Part shown: positions 56,062 to 64,000 of the stretch, piece by piece
How the letters are laid out: every line of letters starts with the position of its first letter
Position numbering within the stretch: the stretch's first letter is position 1
Virus record (IMG/VR): IMGVR_UViG_3300011113_000238
Span: 1-64,000 of that record
DNA length: 64,000 bases
DNA from: a virus
Reading direction: 5' to 3' (one strand)
The notes under the pieces: generated by a model
What the model saw: the letters and a program-made list of their open reading frames with translations, nothing else
Told to the model about the DNA's origin: nothing
Databases searched by the model: none
Position numbers and translations under genes: made by a program

Positions 56062-57810
56062 TCAGTTCGGACTGTTTTCGTCAAGCCATGTATCAAGATC
56101 GTGCAAAGTATGTGTCTGCGAGTCATAGTAAATTTTACCGGCTGGACCTGTTTCGGACATTAACCGATTTTTACTCAGATAGATACTTGTGGAATTGCGT
56201 TCCACTAAATCTTCTGCCAACTTATTCCGAACTAACAAAATGTTAGCACTCGCTGACTTCATGACCGACGATGAACCCATAATATCGCTCTCGCTAATCA
56301 TACCACCTGACGATTGATCTTTCTGACCAGATTGACCCTTTCGCACATGGTTGATCAAGAAGAAGGTGCAATTGTGACTCTTAATCATAGATTTAATCCA
56401 TTTCATAGCAACGGCCTGTTCATCAATGGTCAATCCGTCAATTCCAATATCTGTCCAAGGGTCTACTACGATTAACCGCACACCTGATGAAATCACCATC
56501 TGTTCAACCACTGCTTGAAATTGCTCGAAAGATGAATCACGATCCTCTACAAGCATAAACCGAGGACTACCATCTTCGCGTTCAAATAGTTCTTTCCCAG
56601 ATGCCTTGATTTTCTCAGATTGTAGAAACTTAACCTTATCTTCCGAATTAAGTTTAGCCAGTTTCTGCTGAACGTGCCGACTAAGTAGCACTTCACCATA
56701 CTGTGATGCATTCAATTCAAGCGAAACAACACCCACGGTGTATGGTGAATTGAAAATCCAGTGATAAATCATCTCGTTTACCAAACTTGTCTTACCGCCA
56801 CCCGTAACCCCACTGCATGTATAAGCGTGACCCAGCGTCAACCCTCCACCCAGCATATCATTCAGTTTACCAAATACAGGCGGTAAAGTAATCTTTTCCT
56901 GCGAAGACTGATCAAGCATCTTTTGGTAAATATCAGTTGACGCTAATACACCGGCAGGTACGTATGCTTTGGCACTGTAAAAGTCACTAATAAACTGACG
57001 GTCTTTACCTTTCTGCAACATATCATTGGGGTCTTTCATCGACCAGTTGGCAATGAACACTTTACCCTTTGGTAGTGCATTCACAGCTTTTTCCATTGCT
57101 TCCATACCGGGTTCATCTGCATCGTATCCAAGTACAATCTTGGAATACTTGTCAAACCATGCATAGTTTTTTGCAATTTGCTTTGCACTACCTGTTTCTC
57201 CTACGGTTGGAGAAACCACAACTGGTTCAAAGTCCCAATTTTTTGTCTTATAGTAATCTTTGAGCATTTGATAGGCAGCGAGAGCGTCATGTTCCCCACC
57301 TACGATCAGACATACCTTAGCATCTTGCTTGTATTTGAACTGCCCGAACATGTCACAACTTACACCAGTGCGACCTATTGAACCACCAAATTGCTTAGGG
57401 TGTACTCGCGGTTTCCAACCTGTCAATTCACCTTGCTCTGTGCAAGGGTAGTAAACGGCACTAACTTCTTCATCGTCATCATACTCTACACGTACACCAA
57501 ATGTCTGATAAACGTCATCACGAATGCCGCGATAACCATTACCTTTACTAGTAGTGCGAGATTTCAATTCAGCAGTTTGCTCAGTAGTGACTATTTCTTT
57601 CAGTTTCTCATTTTTTTCCATATGATCCTTTGTTTGGTGTTTAATGCTTACTTTAATCTTTGACGGTTTAGACGGGTTGTTCAACCGGTATTCTTCACTA
57701 GGTACTGTAAAATTACAGGACCAACAGAAGCTACTCCCATCACTATAGATCGCTTTCGCGTCACTACTCCCGCATTCATCGCAGGATGTATGTTTAATAA
57801 AATTTGCCAC
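56062..57810 (-). CDS. Primase-helicase (T7 gp4-like)
   Basis: CDEC...CWSC Zn finger, GGEHDAL and YDADEPG TOPRIM motifs, GVTGGGKT, IVVD, KNR; GTG start with AAGGAG RBS. Confidence 0.93.
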   Translation of the reverse strand: MANFIKHTSCDECGSSDAKAIYSDGSSFCWSCNFTVPSEEYRLNNPSKPSKIKVSIKHQTKDHMEKNEKLKEIVTTEQTAELKSRTTSKGNGYRGIRDDVYQTFGVRVEYDDDEEVSAVYYPCTEQGELTGWKPRVHPKQFGGSIGRTGVSCDMFGQFKYKQDAKVCLIVGGEHDALAAYQMLKDYYKTKNWDFEPVVVSPTVGETGSAKQIAKNYAWFDKYSKIVLGYDADEPGMEAMEKAVNALPKGKVFIANWSMKDPNDMLQKGKDRQFISDFYSAKAYVPAGVLASTDIYQKMLDQSSQEKITLPPVFGKLNDMLGGGLTLGHAYTCSGVTGGGKTSLVNEMIYHWIFNSPYTVGVVSLELNASQYGEVLLSRHVQQKLAKLNSEDKVKFLQSEKIKASGKELFEREDGSPRFMLVEDRDSSFEQFQAVVEQMVISSGVRLIVVDPWTDIGIDGLTIDEQAVAMKWIKSMIKSHNCTFFLINHVRKGQSGQKDQSSGGMISESDIMGSSSVMKSASANILLVRNKLAEDLVERNSTSIYLSKNRLMSETGPAGKIYYDSQTHTLHDLDTWLDENSPN

Positions 57811-57820
57811 TGTTCTCCTT

Positions 57821-58681
57821 TTAAAGATCAATCATATCACGAATACCTCTTAACTCGCTCTCAACTTTTTTCACTTCAGAAATAAGTTCTAACTTTTGAG
57901 CTTCTTTAATCTTTTGCTGTTTGTCACGGAACGCAAGTGCATCTAATAATGAATCAGCATGGTCAGAGTCCCCGAAGAACTTTGACCACTCCTTGTCGTG
58001 AAGTCTACCTCTCGCTACCCAACCATCAGAAAGTCTATGCACACCCGTAATGCCTATGCAATTTCTACCTTCCGCATTTTTATCGTCCCTCAAGAATGTG
58101 TTCTGACTTTGAGTTACGGCTATTAAATTACTAGGCTTATTGTTAGATGGATTTGAATCTATGTGGTTTACAACTAAGTCCGCACTCAGATTTCTTTGGT
58201 TGTATAGAACCCAAACAACTCTATGACATTGATTTTGCACTTTCAATACTCGAACAGTATAATAACCTCTATCGTTTACCCCTCCTGCGTTTTTATGCGG
58301 AACAGCTTTTATTGAACTACCTTTATCAAAATCTTTCCATTTTAGACCGCTAGGTGATTCGTCTGAAATATACCAAAACTTATTACAGTAGTCAAACGTC
58401 AACTCTGAATGAGTCTTAGTGTAATTTTTTTGTATATTTAGTAATTTACTTTTATCTGGACACTCTGACAATAATTTGCATTCTATTTGAATTGCCTCGA
58501 ACTTAGTCAACGCGCTTTTAATAATATTCACCTTAAAATTACAAGACTCTAATCTTTTAAGTAGTCTTTCACTTCTGCTCTTTTTAAATAGGTAAGGTCT
58601 TTTTTCATTTCCATGTCCTATGTAGAATACGCCATCAGAATCTTCATATGAATAAACGCAGAATCGTCTATCTTCTTCCAT
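57821..58681 (-). CDS. Homing endonuclease: GIY-YIG-like plus HNH plus AP2-like tail
   Basis: CVYSY...FYIGHG..KR; CHRVVW...VNHIDSNPSNNKPSNL; ITGV...WVA. Confidence 0.8.
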   Translation of the reverse strand: MEEDRRFCVYSYEDSDGVFYIGHGNEKRPYLFKKSRSERLLKRLESCNFKVNIIKSALTKFEAIQIECKLLSECPDKSKLLNIQKNYTKTHSELTFDYCNKFWYISDESPSGLKWKDFDKGSSIKAVPHKNAGGVNDRGYYTVRVLKVQNQCHRVVWVLYNQRNLSADLVVNHIDSNPSNNKPSNLIAVTQSQNTFLRDDKNAEGRNCIGITGVHRLSDGWVARGRLHDKEWSKFFGDSDHADSLLDALAFRDKQQKIKEAQKLELISEVKKVESELRGIRDMIDL

Positions 58682-58691
58682 GTATTGCTCC

Positions 58692-59291
58692 TTAGATATT
58701 AATTACTTCAATATGCTGACGGTACAACTTAACTAGATTAATATTACTATCTTCCATGATTTCATAATCAGGGAATTTCTTAATGATCTTGACGATGTAC
58801 GGATCATCCAATTTATACCGCTTGTCAATCAAGAGAACTTTAGCAGCTTCTGCTACTGCAAATTCATATGAAGGCTCCACACGAGTACCGTCATATTCAA
58901 TCTTGCAGATACTAACAGGAAAGCGATCTATTGTTCTACCAACTGTAGTACCCTGCATCAGCATCAATTGAAAATCCAGAAACATATACCGGAAGTCAAC
59001 GACCAATTCAAGGTTATTATCACGAGCATATTCCCCGCGATTCTCACCTTTCTTTACTTCTTTAATCTTTACGCCGATCATCTTAAACAGATTCTGCACC
59101 TGCTCTAGTTTAACATCAGTGATGTAGCAGTCAATGTCTTTTGCTGGTTTACCGAAGTACCAATCTCGCGGAGCGCCACCAGCTACAACTGCAGTGGGGC
59201 AGAGAACCCAAAGGTTACTCAGCATGCGCTTTGCAGCAATAATCTGCCACATGATGATTAGTTTATAGAATACACTCTTGATGAATTTCAT
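58692..59291 (-). CDS. CCA-adding/poly(A) polymerase head-domain-like nucleotidyltransferase
   Basis: VVAGGAPRD...KPAKDIDCY. Confidence 0.78.
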   Translation of the reverse strand: MKFIKSVFYKLIIMWQIIAAKRMLSNLWVLCPTAVVAGGAPRDWYFGKPAKDIDCYITDVKLEQVQNLFKMIGVKIKEVKKGENRGEYARDNNLELVVDFRYMFLDFQLMLMQGTTVGRTIDRFPVSICKIEYDGTRVEPSYEFAVAEAAKVLLIDKRYKLDDPYIVKIIKKFPDYEIMEDSNINLVKLYRQHIEVINI

Positions 59292-59300
59292 ATATTCTCC

Positions 59301-59414
59301 TTAGTATTTACCGAACTTAAACACGCGATAACGCTTACCCATAACCTGCAGGTACAACCCACCGTACTTAAAGTACATAGGATTCTGCCATACAAATAAC
59401 TTTGGTTGCTTCAT
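59301..59414 (-). CDS. Small hypothetical protein (not in ORF track)
   Basis: 37-aa ORF MKQPKLFVWQ... fills the gap between genes. Confidence 0.45.
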   Translation of the reverse strand: MKQPKLFVWQNPMYFKYGGLYLQVMGKRYRVFKFGKY

Positions 59415-59415
59415 A

Positions 59416-59610
59416 TTAAAACCCCCGATAATGGTAGCGACTACTACGATAAGTCTGCTTGGTTATTCGATAAGCGTTAACAAAAGCATTCTTGACGGAT
59501 TTATACAGAACTACCATAAACACCAAAGGTAGCAACGAAATATCCAAGTAATATTGCGCAAAGTGCAGCAGGATTTTAACCTTAATTTTAACTTCAGTGA
59601 AATAGCTCAT
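59416..59610 (-). CDS. Hypothetical protein
   Basis: AAGGAG RBS; dense gene array. Confidence 0.55.
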   Translation of the reverse strand: MSYFTEVKIKVKILLHFAQYYLDISLLPLVFMVVLYKSVKNAFVNAYRITKQTYRSSRYHYRGF

Positions 59611-59711
59611 GTAACTCCTTTGGAAGCGGCAGCTTTAAGAAGCTACCTTTGTTTGTTGATGCTGCAATTGTAGCATAGCACCATCCCCGATGGGGCTGGT
59701 TTACACAGATA

Positions 59712-60050
59712 TTACAGCAAGTCCTGCTTATTTTTACCAATAATTGCAGCAGCAGTAACCACCGCACGGTTAGGTTCGATGCCTGACACGACAATCTTCT
59801 CTTCGTAAGTCTCAGAGTCATAAGATACAGCATCCCACCCACCACCCGCACCAGGAATTAAAGCAAGATTTAGCTGCACTTGCAACTGCCTGTTATCCGC
59901 ATCGTCTTTCAATGGATTCCAGAAGCACAAGAAGTCCCCGTATTCATCCTGAAGGCGCATACCCTTGGTTGTATCTAGCGCCCAACCACCTACACGCATA
60001 TTTACAGATGCAGCCGCTAACTCAAGTAAATCTCTGTCGGTGTAAGTCAT
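59712..60050 (-). CDS. Hypothetical protein
   Basis: LLELAAA...WNPLKDDAD...RAVVTAAA. Confidence 0.7.
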   Translation of the reverse strand: MTYTDRDLLELAAASVNMRVGGWALDTTKGMRLQDEYGDFLCFWNPLKDDADNRQLQVQLNLALIPGAGGGWDAVSYDSETYEEKIVVSGIEPNRAVVTAAAIIGKNKQDLL

Positions 60051-60355
60051 AGTACTTCCACGGATTTTAACTTACCTGTTTCACCATCAAAGGTAACGCG
60101 AGTGTTGCAATTATCACCAATGTCGAAGCACCATGCGAATGATTCACTGAACTCATCAACAGTGCTAAATCTAGCAAAGCGAACGCGATCTGGTTTAGGC
60201 TCTGGCTTGATGCGGTATTGATAGTGAACGACCCAACAAGGCTCATTAACTGTTGACCAACGATCAGCATCGTGGACCCTGCATTCAATAACTGACCCAT
60301 CTGCCCAAGCCTTAATCAGCTCTGCGTGTTTGTGCGGTTTATTCTGTTTACTCAT
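60047..60355 (-). CDS. Hypothetical protein
   Basis: KPHKHAELIKAWADG...YRIKP; ATGA overlaps with neighbours. Confidence 0.7.
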   Translation of the reverse strand: MSKQNKPHKHAELIKAWADGSVIECRVHDADRWSTVNEPCWVVHYQYRIKPEPKPDRVRFARFSTVDEFSESFAWCFDIGDNCNTRVTFDGETGKLKSVEVL

Positions 60356-60543
60356 TTTAGTTCCTTTCCTTGTTTGTCATGAACGCGAATCTTACCAGTT
60401 TTTGTAACGTAAACCTGAAGGGTTTCTTTAGGTGTTGTAATTTGTACAACAACCCAACCTTTCTTCTCGTCGGAAGCACATCGGGTAACCTCCGCTGCTC
60501 CGAACTCGAAACCAAAGCATGTTTCTTTGTAGTGAGTACTCAT
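60352..60543 (-). CDS. Hypothetical protein
   Basis: Translational coupling on both sides. Confidence 0.65.
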   Translation of the reverse strand: MSTHYKETCFGFEFGAAEVTRCASDEKKGWVVVQITTPKETLQVYVTKTGKIRVHDKQGKELK

Positions 60544-60809
60544 TTGATGACTTCCTTTTGCAAAGATAAATGACTCAGCTCTCTTGAGAATTCAACGGAA
60601 GTAGAATCGTCCTCACCAATAACCTGAGCACCATCTATTACGGCACCATACGGGACTTTACCTTGCACCATGTGCTGTCGGGTATCGCACGGTAAGTGCC
60701 TGTCAGCAACAATCATGGCGTTAGCTGCAGGCCAGAATAAAGCAGGAACGACTCGTTGCCATTTCATGATGCCGCAAATATCGTATTCAATTTTAGATGC
60801 GTCGTTCAT
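60540..60809 (-). CDS. Hypothetical protein
   Basis: Translational coupling. Confidence 0.6.
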   Translation of the reverse strand: MNDASKIEYDICGIMKWQRVVPALFWPAANAMIVADRHLPCDTRQHMVQGKVPYGAVIDGAQVIGEDDSTSVEFSRELSHLSLQKEVIK

Positions 60810-61027
60810 TTTACACCTTTCATCATTCGGTTAACCGCACTGCGAATGGCAGGCCATTCTTTTGGATCAACCCTGATTGTACCACAGTCCGAATGCGTCT
60901 GAGTGATTTCGATGAATTCACCACCGCCTTCATCTACGATTTTAACCTCGGTAGCCATCTCGGAGTACAGAGGTTTGTCTTCTGGTACTACGGTCATAGC
61001 TGTGCATCGTTGTGTATATTTGGTCAT
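60806..61027 (-). CDS. Hypothetical protein
   Basis: GGGGA RBS; coupled to the next gene. Confidence 0.65.
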   Translation of the reverse strand: MTKYTQRCTAMTVVPEDKPLYSEMATEVKIVDEGGGEFIEITQTHSDCGTIRVDPKEWPAIRSAVNRMMKGVK

Positions 61028-61035
61028 ATATCCCC

Positions 61036-61188
61036 TTAACGCTTACTAGGGTCGTGCAAAACCTGAAGCAGCATATTGATGCTTGCAATGACCTGTTGCT
61101 GATGTTGAAGCGGCAGTTGATCCCACGAGCGAGTATCACCCGCTTTAGCTGCGATTGCTTGCCAGTACGCTACTACGCTAAATTCCAT
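61036..61188 (-). CDS. Small hypothetical protein (not in ORF track)
   Basis: 50-aa ORF MEFSVVAYWQ... with AAGGAG RBS. Confidence 0.6.
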   Translation of the reverse strand: MEFSVVAYWQAIAAKAGDTRSWDQLPLQHQQQVIASINMLLQVLHDPSKR

Positions 61189-61203
61189 AATTATCTCCTT
61201 AAA

Positions 61204-61365
61204 TTAAAACACAAGCGAATCAATCTCACCTTGCTGCACTAGCTGCTGCTCAAGGTTAAACCGATGTTCGTACAGTTCATTTAATTCGTTCTGCATGCTA
61301 CGGATTGTATCACGCATTTCTTCAATGTCACGCTGCACGAACTCTAGTTGTTGCTTAAGTTGCAT
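61204..61365 (-). CDS. Small coiled-coil protein (not in ORF track)
   Basis: 53-aa ORF MQLKQQLEF... with GGAG RBS. Confidence 0.6.
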   Translation of the reverse strand: MQLKQQLEFVQRDIEEMRDTIRSMQNELNELYEHRFNLEQQLVQQGEIDSLVF

Positions 61366-61367
61366 GT

Positions 61368-61643
61368 TTACTCCACGTATTCGTACATTTCATTGAAAGA
61401 TTCAGCATCTAGGACTTCAAAATCACCGTTACTGTGCTTGATGATGTAATAACCTAGATAGACCCTGCGGGAGCGACCGCCCACGTCTATACTCCAGTAA
61501 GATATAGTCTTTGTCGGAGGATGTGTAGTAGTAGCTACGGTTCGCATAGAGGGCCACCGCGCCTCAATTGTCAGCTTTTTATCCCATGAACCATCCCATT
61601 GCATGGCTTCAACGATAACAGGTTTCTTTATGTACAGGCTCAT
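61368..61643 (-). CDS. Hypothetical protein (PGDYG-like)
   Basis: YIKKPVIVEAMQWDG...GYYIIK...F...YE. Confidence 0.7.
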   Translation of the reverse strand: MSLYIKKPVIVEAMQWDGSWDKKLTIEARWPSMRTVATTTHPPTKTISYWSIDVGGRSRRVYLGYYIIKHSNGDFEVLDAESFNEMYEYVE

Positions 61644-61645
61644 AA

Positions 61646-61834
61646 TTACTCCTTGCTCAGACTTTTAACCCACAGTGAACAAACATTCTTCAGTACACCA
61701 ATGGGCGTAGGTTTACCCCACGACTTCTGGCACTCTTCCCAAATCCAAGTTGTACCAGAGGGTAGCACCTCCGCTACACCTGAGCTATAGAACTTGCAGT
61801 TATTGCACTGAGGTTTCTGCTTTACTTCTTGCAC
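61646..61834 (-). CDS. Cys-rich small protein
   Basis: CNNC...C...C. Confidence 0.5.
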   Translation of the reverse strand: MQEVKQKPQCNNCKFYSSGVAEVLPSGTTWIWEECQKSWGKPTPIGVLKNVCSLWVKSLSKE

Positions 61835-61836
61835 GA

Positions 61837-62265
61837 TTACCCCTTAGACGGTGCGGTAGGCTTACGCTTCCAGTGCGTGGCCCACGTAATCGCGTAATCA
61901 GTACTCTCGTCGCACCATGCGTAGTCACGATCCATTGCATTAAACGGATGACCCCAGTAAGCAACAGCAAGAGAACCGTCAGGATGACCGAGAAGGATAC
62001 TGTCTGCTCCTTTTGGAGCTGTTTTGATAGGTTGCCAGTCGCTTGATTGCACCTGTTGTTTCAACCGAATTATCTCAATGTTTAGCGCAGCAATCTCATT
62101 GTTCATTGCACGTTGAGATTCTTTCATTGCAACCCAAAGTGGGTGCTCTTCATTACACCCTGCAGAAGCACCGAGTACACAATGCACTTCAATACAGTTG
62201 TCAACATGCGCGTTAATCAACTGCTGTAGTTTTGCTGTATGGTTATTTTGCATCAGGTACTCCAT
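61837..62265 (-). CDS. Hypothetical protein with DUF551-like C-terminus
   Basis: WQPIKTAPK...ATHW. Confidence 0.65.
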   Translation of the reverse strand: MEYLMQNNHTAKLQQLINAHVDNCIEVHCVLGASAGCNEEHPLWVAMKESQRAMNNEIAALNIEIIRLKQQVQSSDWQPIKTAPKGADSILLGHPDGSLAVAYWGHPFNAMDRDYAWCDESTDYAITWATHWKRKPTAPSKG

Positions 62266-62557
62266 GTTTAGCTAGCAGCATTGCAAGTTGGTGCTTTTCG
62301 TTTTCTTCGGTAAGTTTAGCACGACGATTTTCTGCATTAATCCGAGTTTGCATCTCTTCATCTGTCTCTGGAACGAGTACAGTGATTGCATAGTAGTAAC
62401 CATCGTCGTATTGCTCTAGGGTGTACTCAATCCTAGCGGCAGGTCCGTACTGCTCAATGAGATTTGCAAGATGCAATGAAAGCTCAAGTAGTGTCATGTC
62501 ATCTATGTAAAACTGACCCTGTTCCTTATAGAAGGACTTACGTTCATGTACTGTCAT
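62243..62557 (-). CDS. Hypothetical protein
   Basis: Start MTVHER at 62557 with AAGGAG RBS; PETDEE...L.AKHG. Confidence 0.65.
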   Translation of the reverse strand: MTVHERKSFYKEQGQFYIDDMTLLELSLHLANLIEQYGPAARIEYTLEQYDDGYYYAITVLVPETDEEMQTRINAENRRAKLTEENEKHQLAMLLAKHGVPDAK

Positions 62558-62954
62558 ATCAAGCTCCTTTGAGATGCGGCAGCATCGAGAAAGCTGCCTT
62601 TTGTTGAGAAGCCATAAGTGTATCACAGGTTTCTGCGTCTTACAAACAATTTATACACCCTATGATTTGTGTTGCAGCTTTACAACAAATCCGTTGTATT
62701 TAGCACTAAAAGTTGTAACAGTTTGGTTTTGTAAGGTTTTGCAAGAAAAGTAGCGTAAAATAAATACCTTGGTATTACTGACGATGCTACTGAAGTTCAT
62801 CCAAGGTTGCAACACGAGGTGTCCGCAGGGTACTTAAGTTACAACCTGCGTTAATGCTCGGTTAGCTGAGTGCTACCGCAGAGTGACAAGGGATTAAGTA
62901 GTAAACAAGATAAATACATAACTGAAGGTTAACTGCAGTATAGCTTAGGTTAGT

Positions 62955-62990
62955 ACTGAAGTTACAACTGAAGTTACAACTGAAGTTACA
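62955..62990. repeat. Three perfect tandem copies of ACTGAAGTTACA
   Basis: Seen directly; degenerate copies nearby in a divergent intergenic region. Confidence 0.9.
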
Positions 62991-63146
62991 GTGCAGGTTG
63001 TCGTCGCCAAAGGCGGTTGCAATCTGCGTAGGTACTTCAACTAACCTTCAGTTACAACCTAAGTTGCATAAATACAACGAAAGTAATTGTGCAAACTTTC
63101 AAGTTGTGTGCTACACTTCAACCTTCTCATTTAAAAGGAGTTCCTT

Positions 63147-63758
63147 ATGACAGCTAAATCAGTACCTATGCAATACGAAGACAAGTTCCATGCTCTTGCA
63201 CGAGCAGTTGAAGTTACGGAAGAAGAGATGCAAATCGCTAAGTTCTTCTGGTACGCTGGGTTGCGCCATGCATTCCAACGAGGTACATCCTCTCCTGCTC
63301 TGCTGGAGAAACCTACTTCCGCGTTTGATATGAAGTTCGGTGCATCTGCCGCTTTGCCGAGTAACAAGCCTGCACCTTTCTTTAATCTCCCCAAAGAAAA
63401 GCGTGAACGAGCAGATAGTCAGTTTACTTTTGTTGACAAAACATATGAACCTCATACAATGGGTTTCTTTGAACATGCTGGTCAGCAATACACGGATGAT
63501 CGAACTCTCACACCCTACGAAGCCAAGATGCTGCAGTTGACATTGGCAGCTGTTCTCTCTGATGTACAGGAAGGAATTAAAGGTTTGCAAACCTACATCA
63601 ATTTCATCTGGAAGGATTGCGACCCAGCGGATAAGCGCACAGAAGAAACCTTCAAGGAAATGAACAAGATGAAGGATATTGTGCGCAAGAGCAAGAAGCA
63701 TGTTGCAACCTTGAATAATGCACAGCGTAAACTGAAGAAGATTGCTAAAGGCACGTAA
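63147..63758 (+). CDS. Hypothetical protein
   Basis: AAGGAG RBS; first gene of a divergent plus-strand block. Confidence 0.7.
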   Translation: MTAKSVPMQYEDKFHALARAVEVTEEEMQIAKFFWYAGLRHAFQRGTSSPALLEKPTSAFDMKFGASAALPSNKPAPFFNLPKEKRERADSQFTFVDKTYEPHTMGFFEHAGQQYTDDRTLTPYEAKMLQLTLAAVLSDVQEGIKGLQTYINFIWKDCDPADKRTEETFKEMNKMKDIVRKSKKHVATLNNAQRKLKKIAKGT

Positions 63759-63905
63759 GTGCCTGATAAGGCTAATGGTACTTGAAGTAGCAAGGAAAGC
63801 TCCTAGAATGCATTAGAATCGCCCACAGGAGCTTTTCAGAGGGTTACCCAAGGCAGCATAGCCTGAATATAAACAAACGCTCTACGGGGCTTTAAAGGAT
63901 TCGAT

Positions 63906-64000
63906 ATGACAACATGGTTTACGAGCGATCACCACCATCACCACAGGCGCATTACTGAATTCACAGCGCGATGTCAATTCACCGATCCTGACAATCACAG
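63906..64000 (+). CDS. Metallophosphoesterase (5' part, truncated by the window end)
   Basis: MTTWFTSDHH matches calcineurin-like motif I (DxH); AAGGA RBS. Confidence 0.65.
   Translation, partial: MTTWFTSDHHHHHRRITEFTARCQFTDPDNH

Noticed and set aside
1-64000. Stop-codon reassignment or prophage state
   Set aside because: Core genes are intact in the standard code, and no integrase, repressor or host flank was seen.

Overview
The window is about 64 kb of a tailed dsDNA phage genome with siphovirus-type morphogenesis genes and no integrase or repressor in view. The plus strand (1-39 kb) carries two enzyme-bearing genes with a shared N-terminus, then terminase, portal, a head accessory block, XkdF-like protease, scaffold, gpD/gpE-like head proteins, head-tail and tail genes, tape measure, a fused NlpC/P60-tail tip protein, tail fibre and lysis genes. 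The minus strand (39-62.6 kb) carries thioredoxin, class I RNR (alpha subunit with a Gln-ending intein), NTP pyrophosphohydrolases, exonucleases, endonuclease VII, tRNA-Arg(UCU), SSB, family B DNA polymerase, primase-helicase and small hypothetical genes. About nine free-standing HNH/GIY-YIG genes are scattered through it. The three strongest non-annotated signals are: (1) two GC-rich enzyme payloads, each bounded by related 25-bp 11-3-11 sites, which suggests cassette exchange behind a constant N-terminal anchor; (2) a roughly 800-nt non-coding array of long-stemmed, partly tRNA-like RNA hairpins between tRNA-Arg and a nucleotidyltransferase-like gene; (3) a covarying three-way-junction RNA leader, whose loop can pair with the ribosome-binding region, in front of three homing-endonuclease genes. 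All calls come from motif recognition by eye; no database searches were run.
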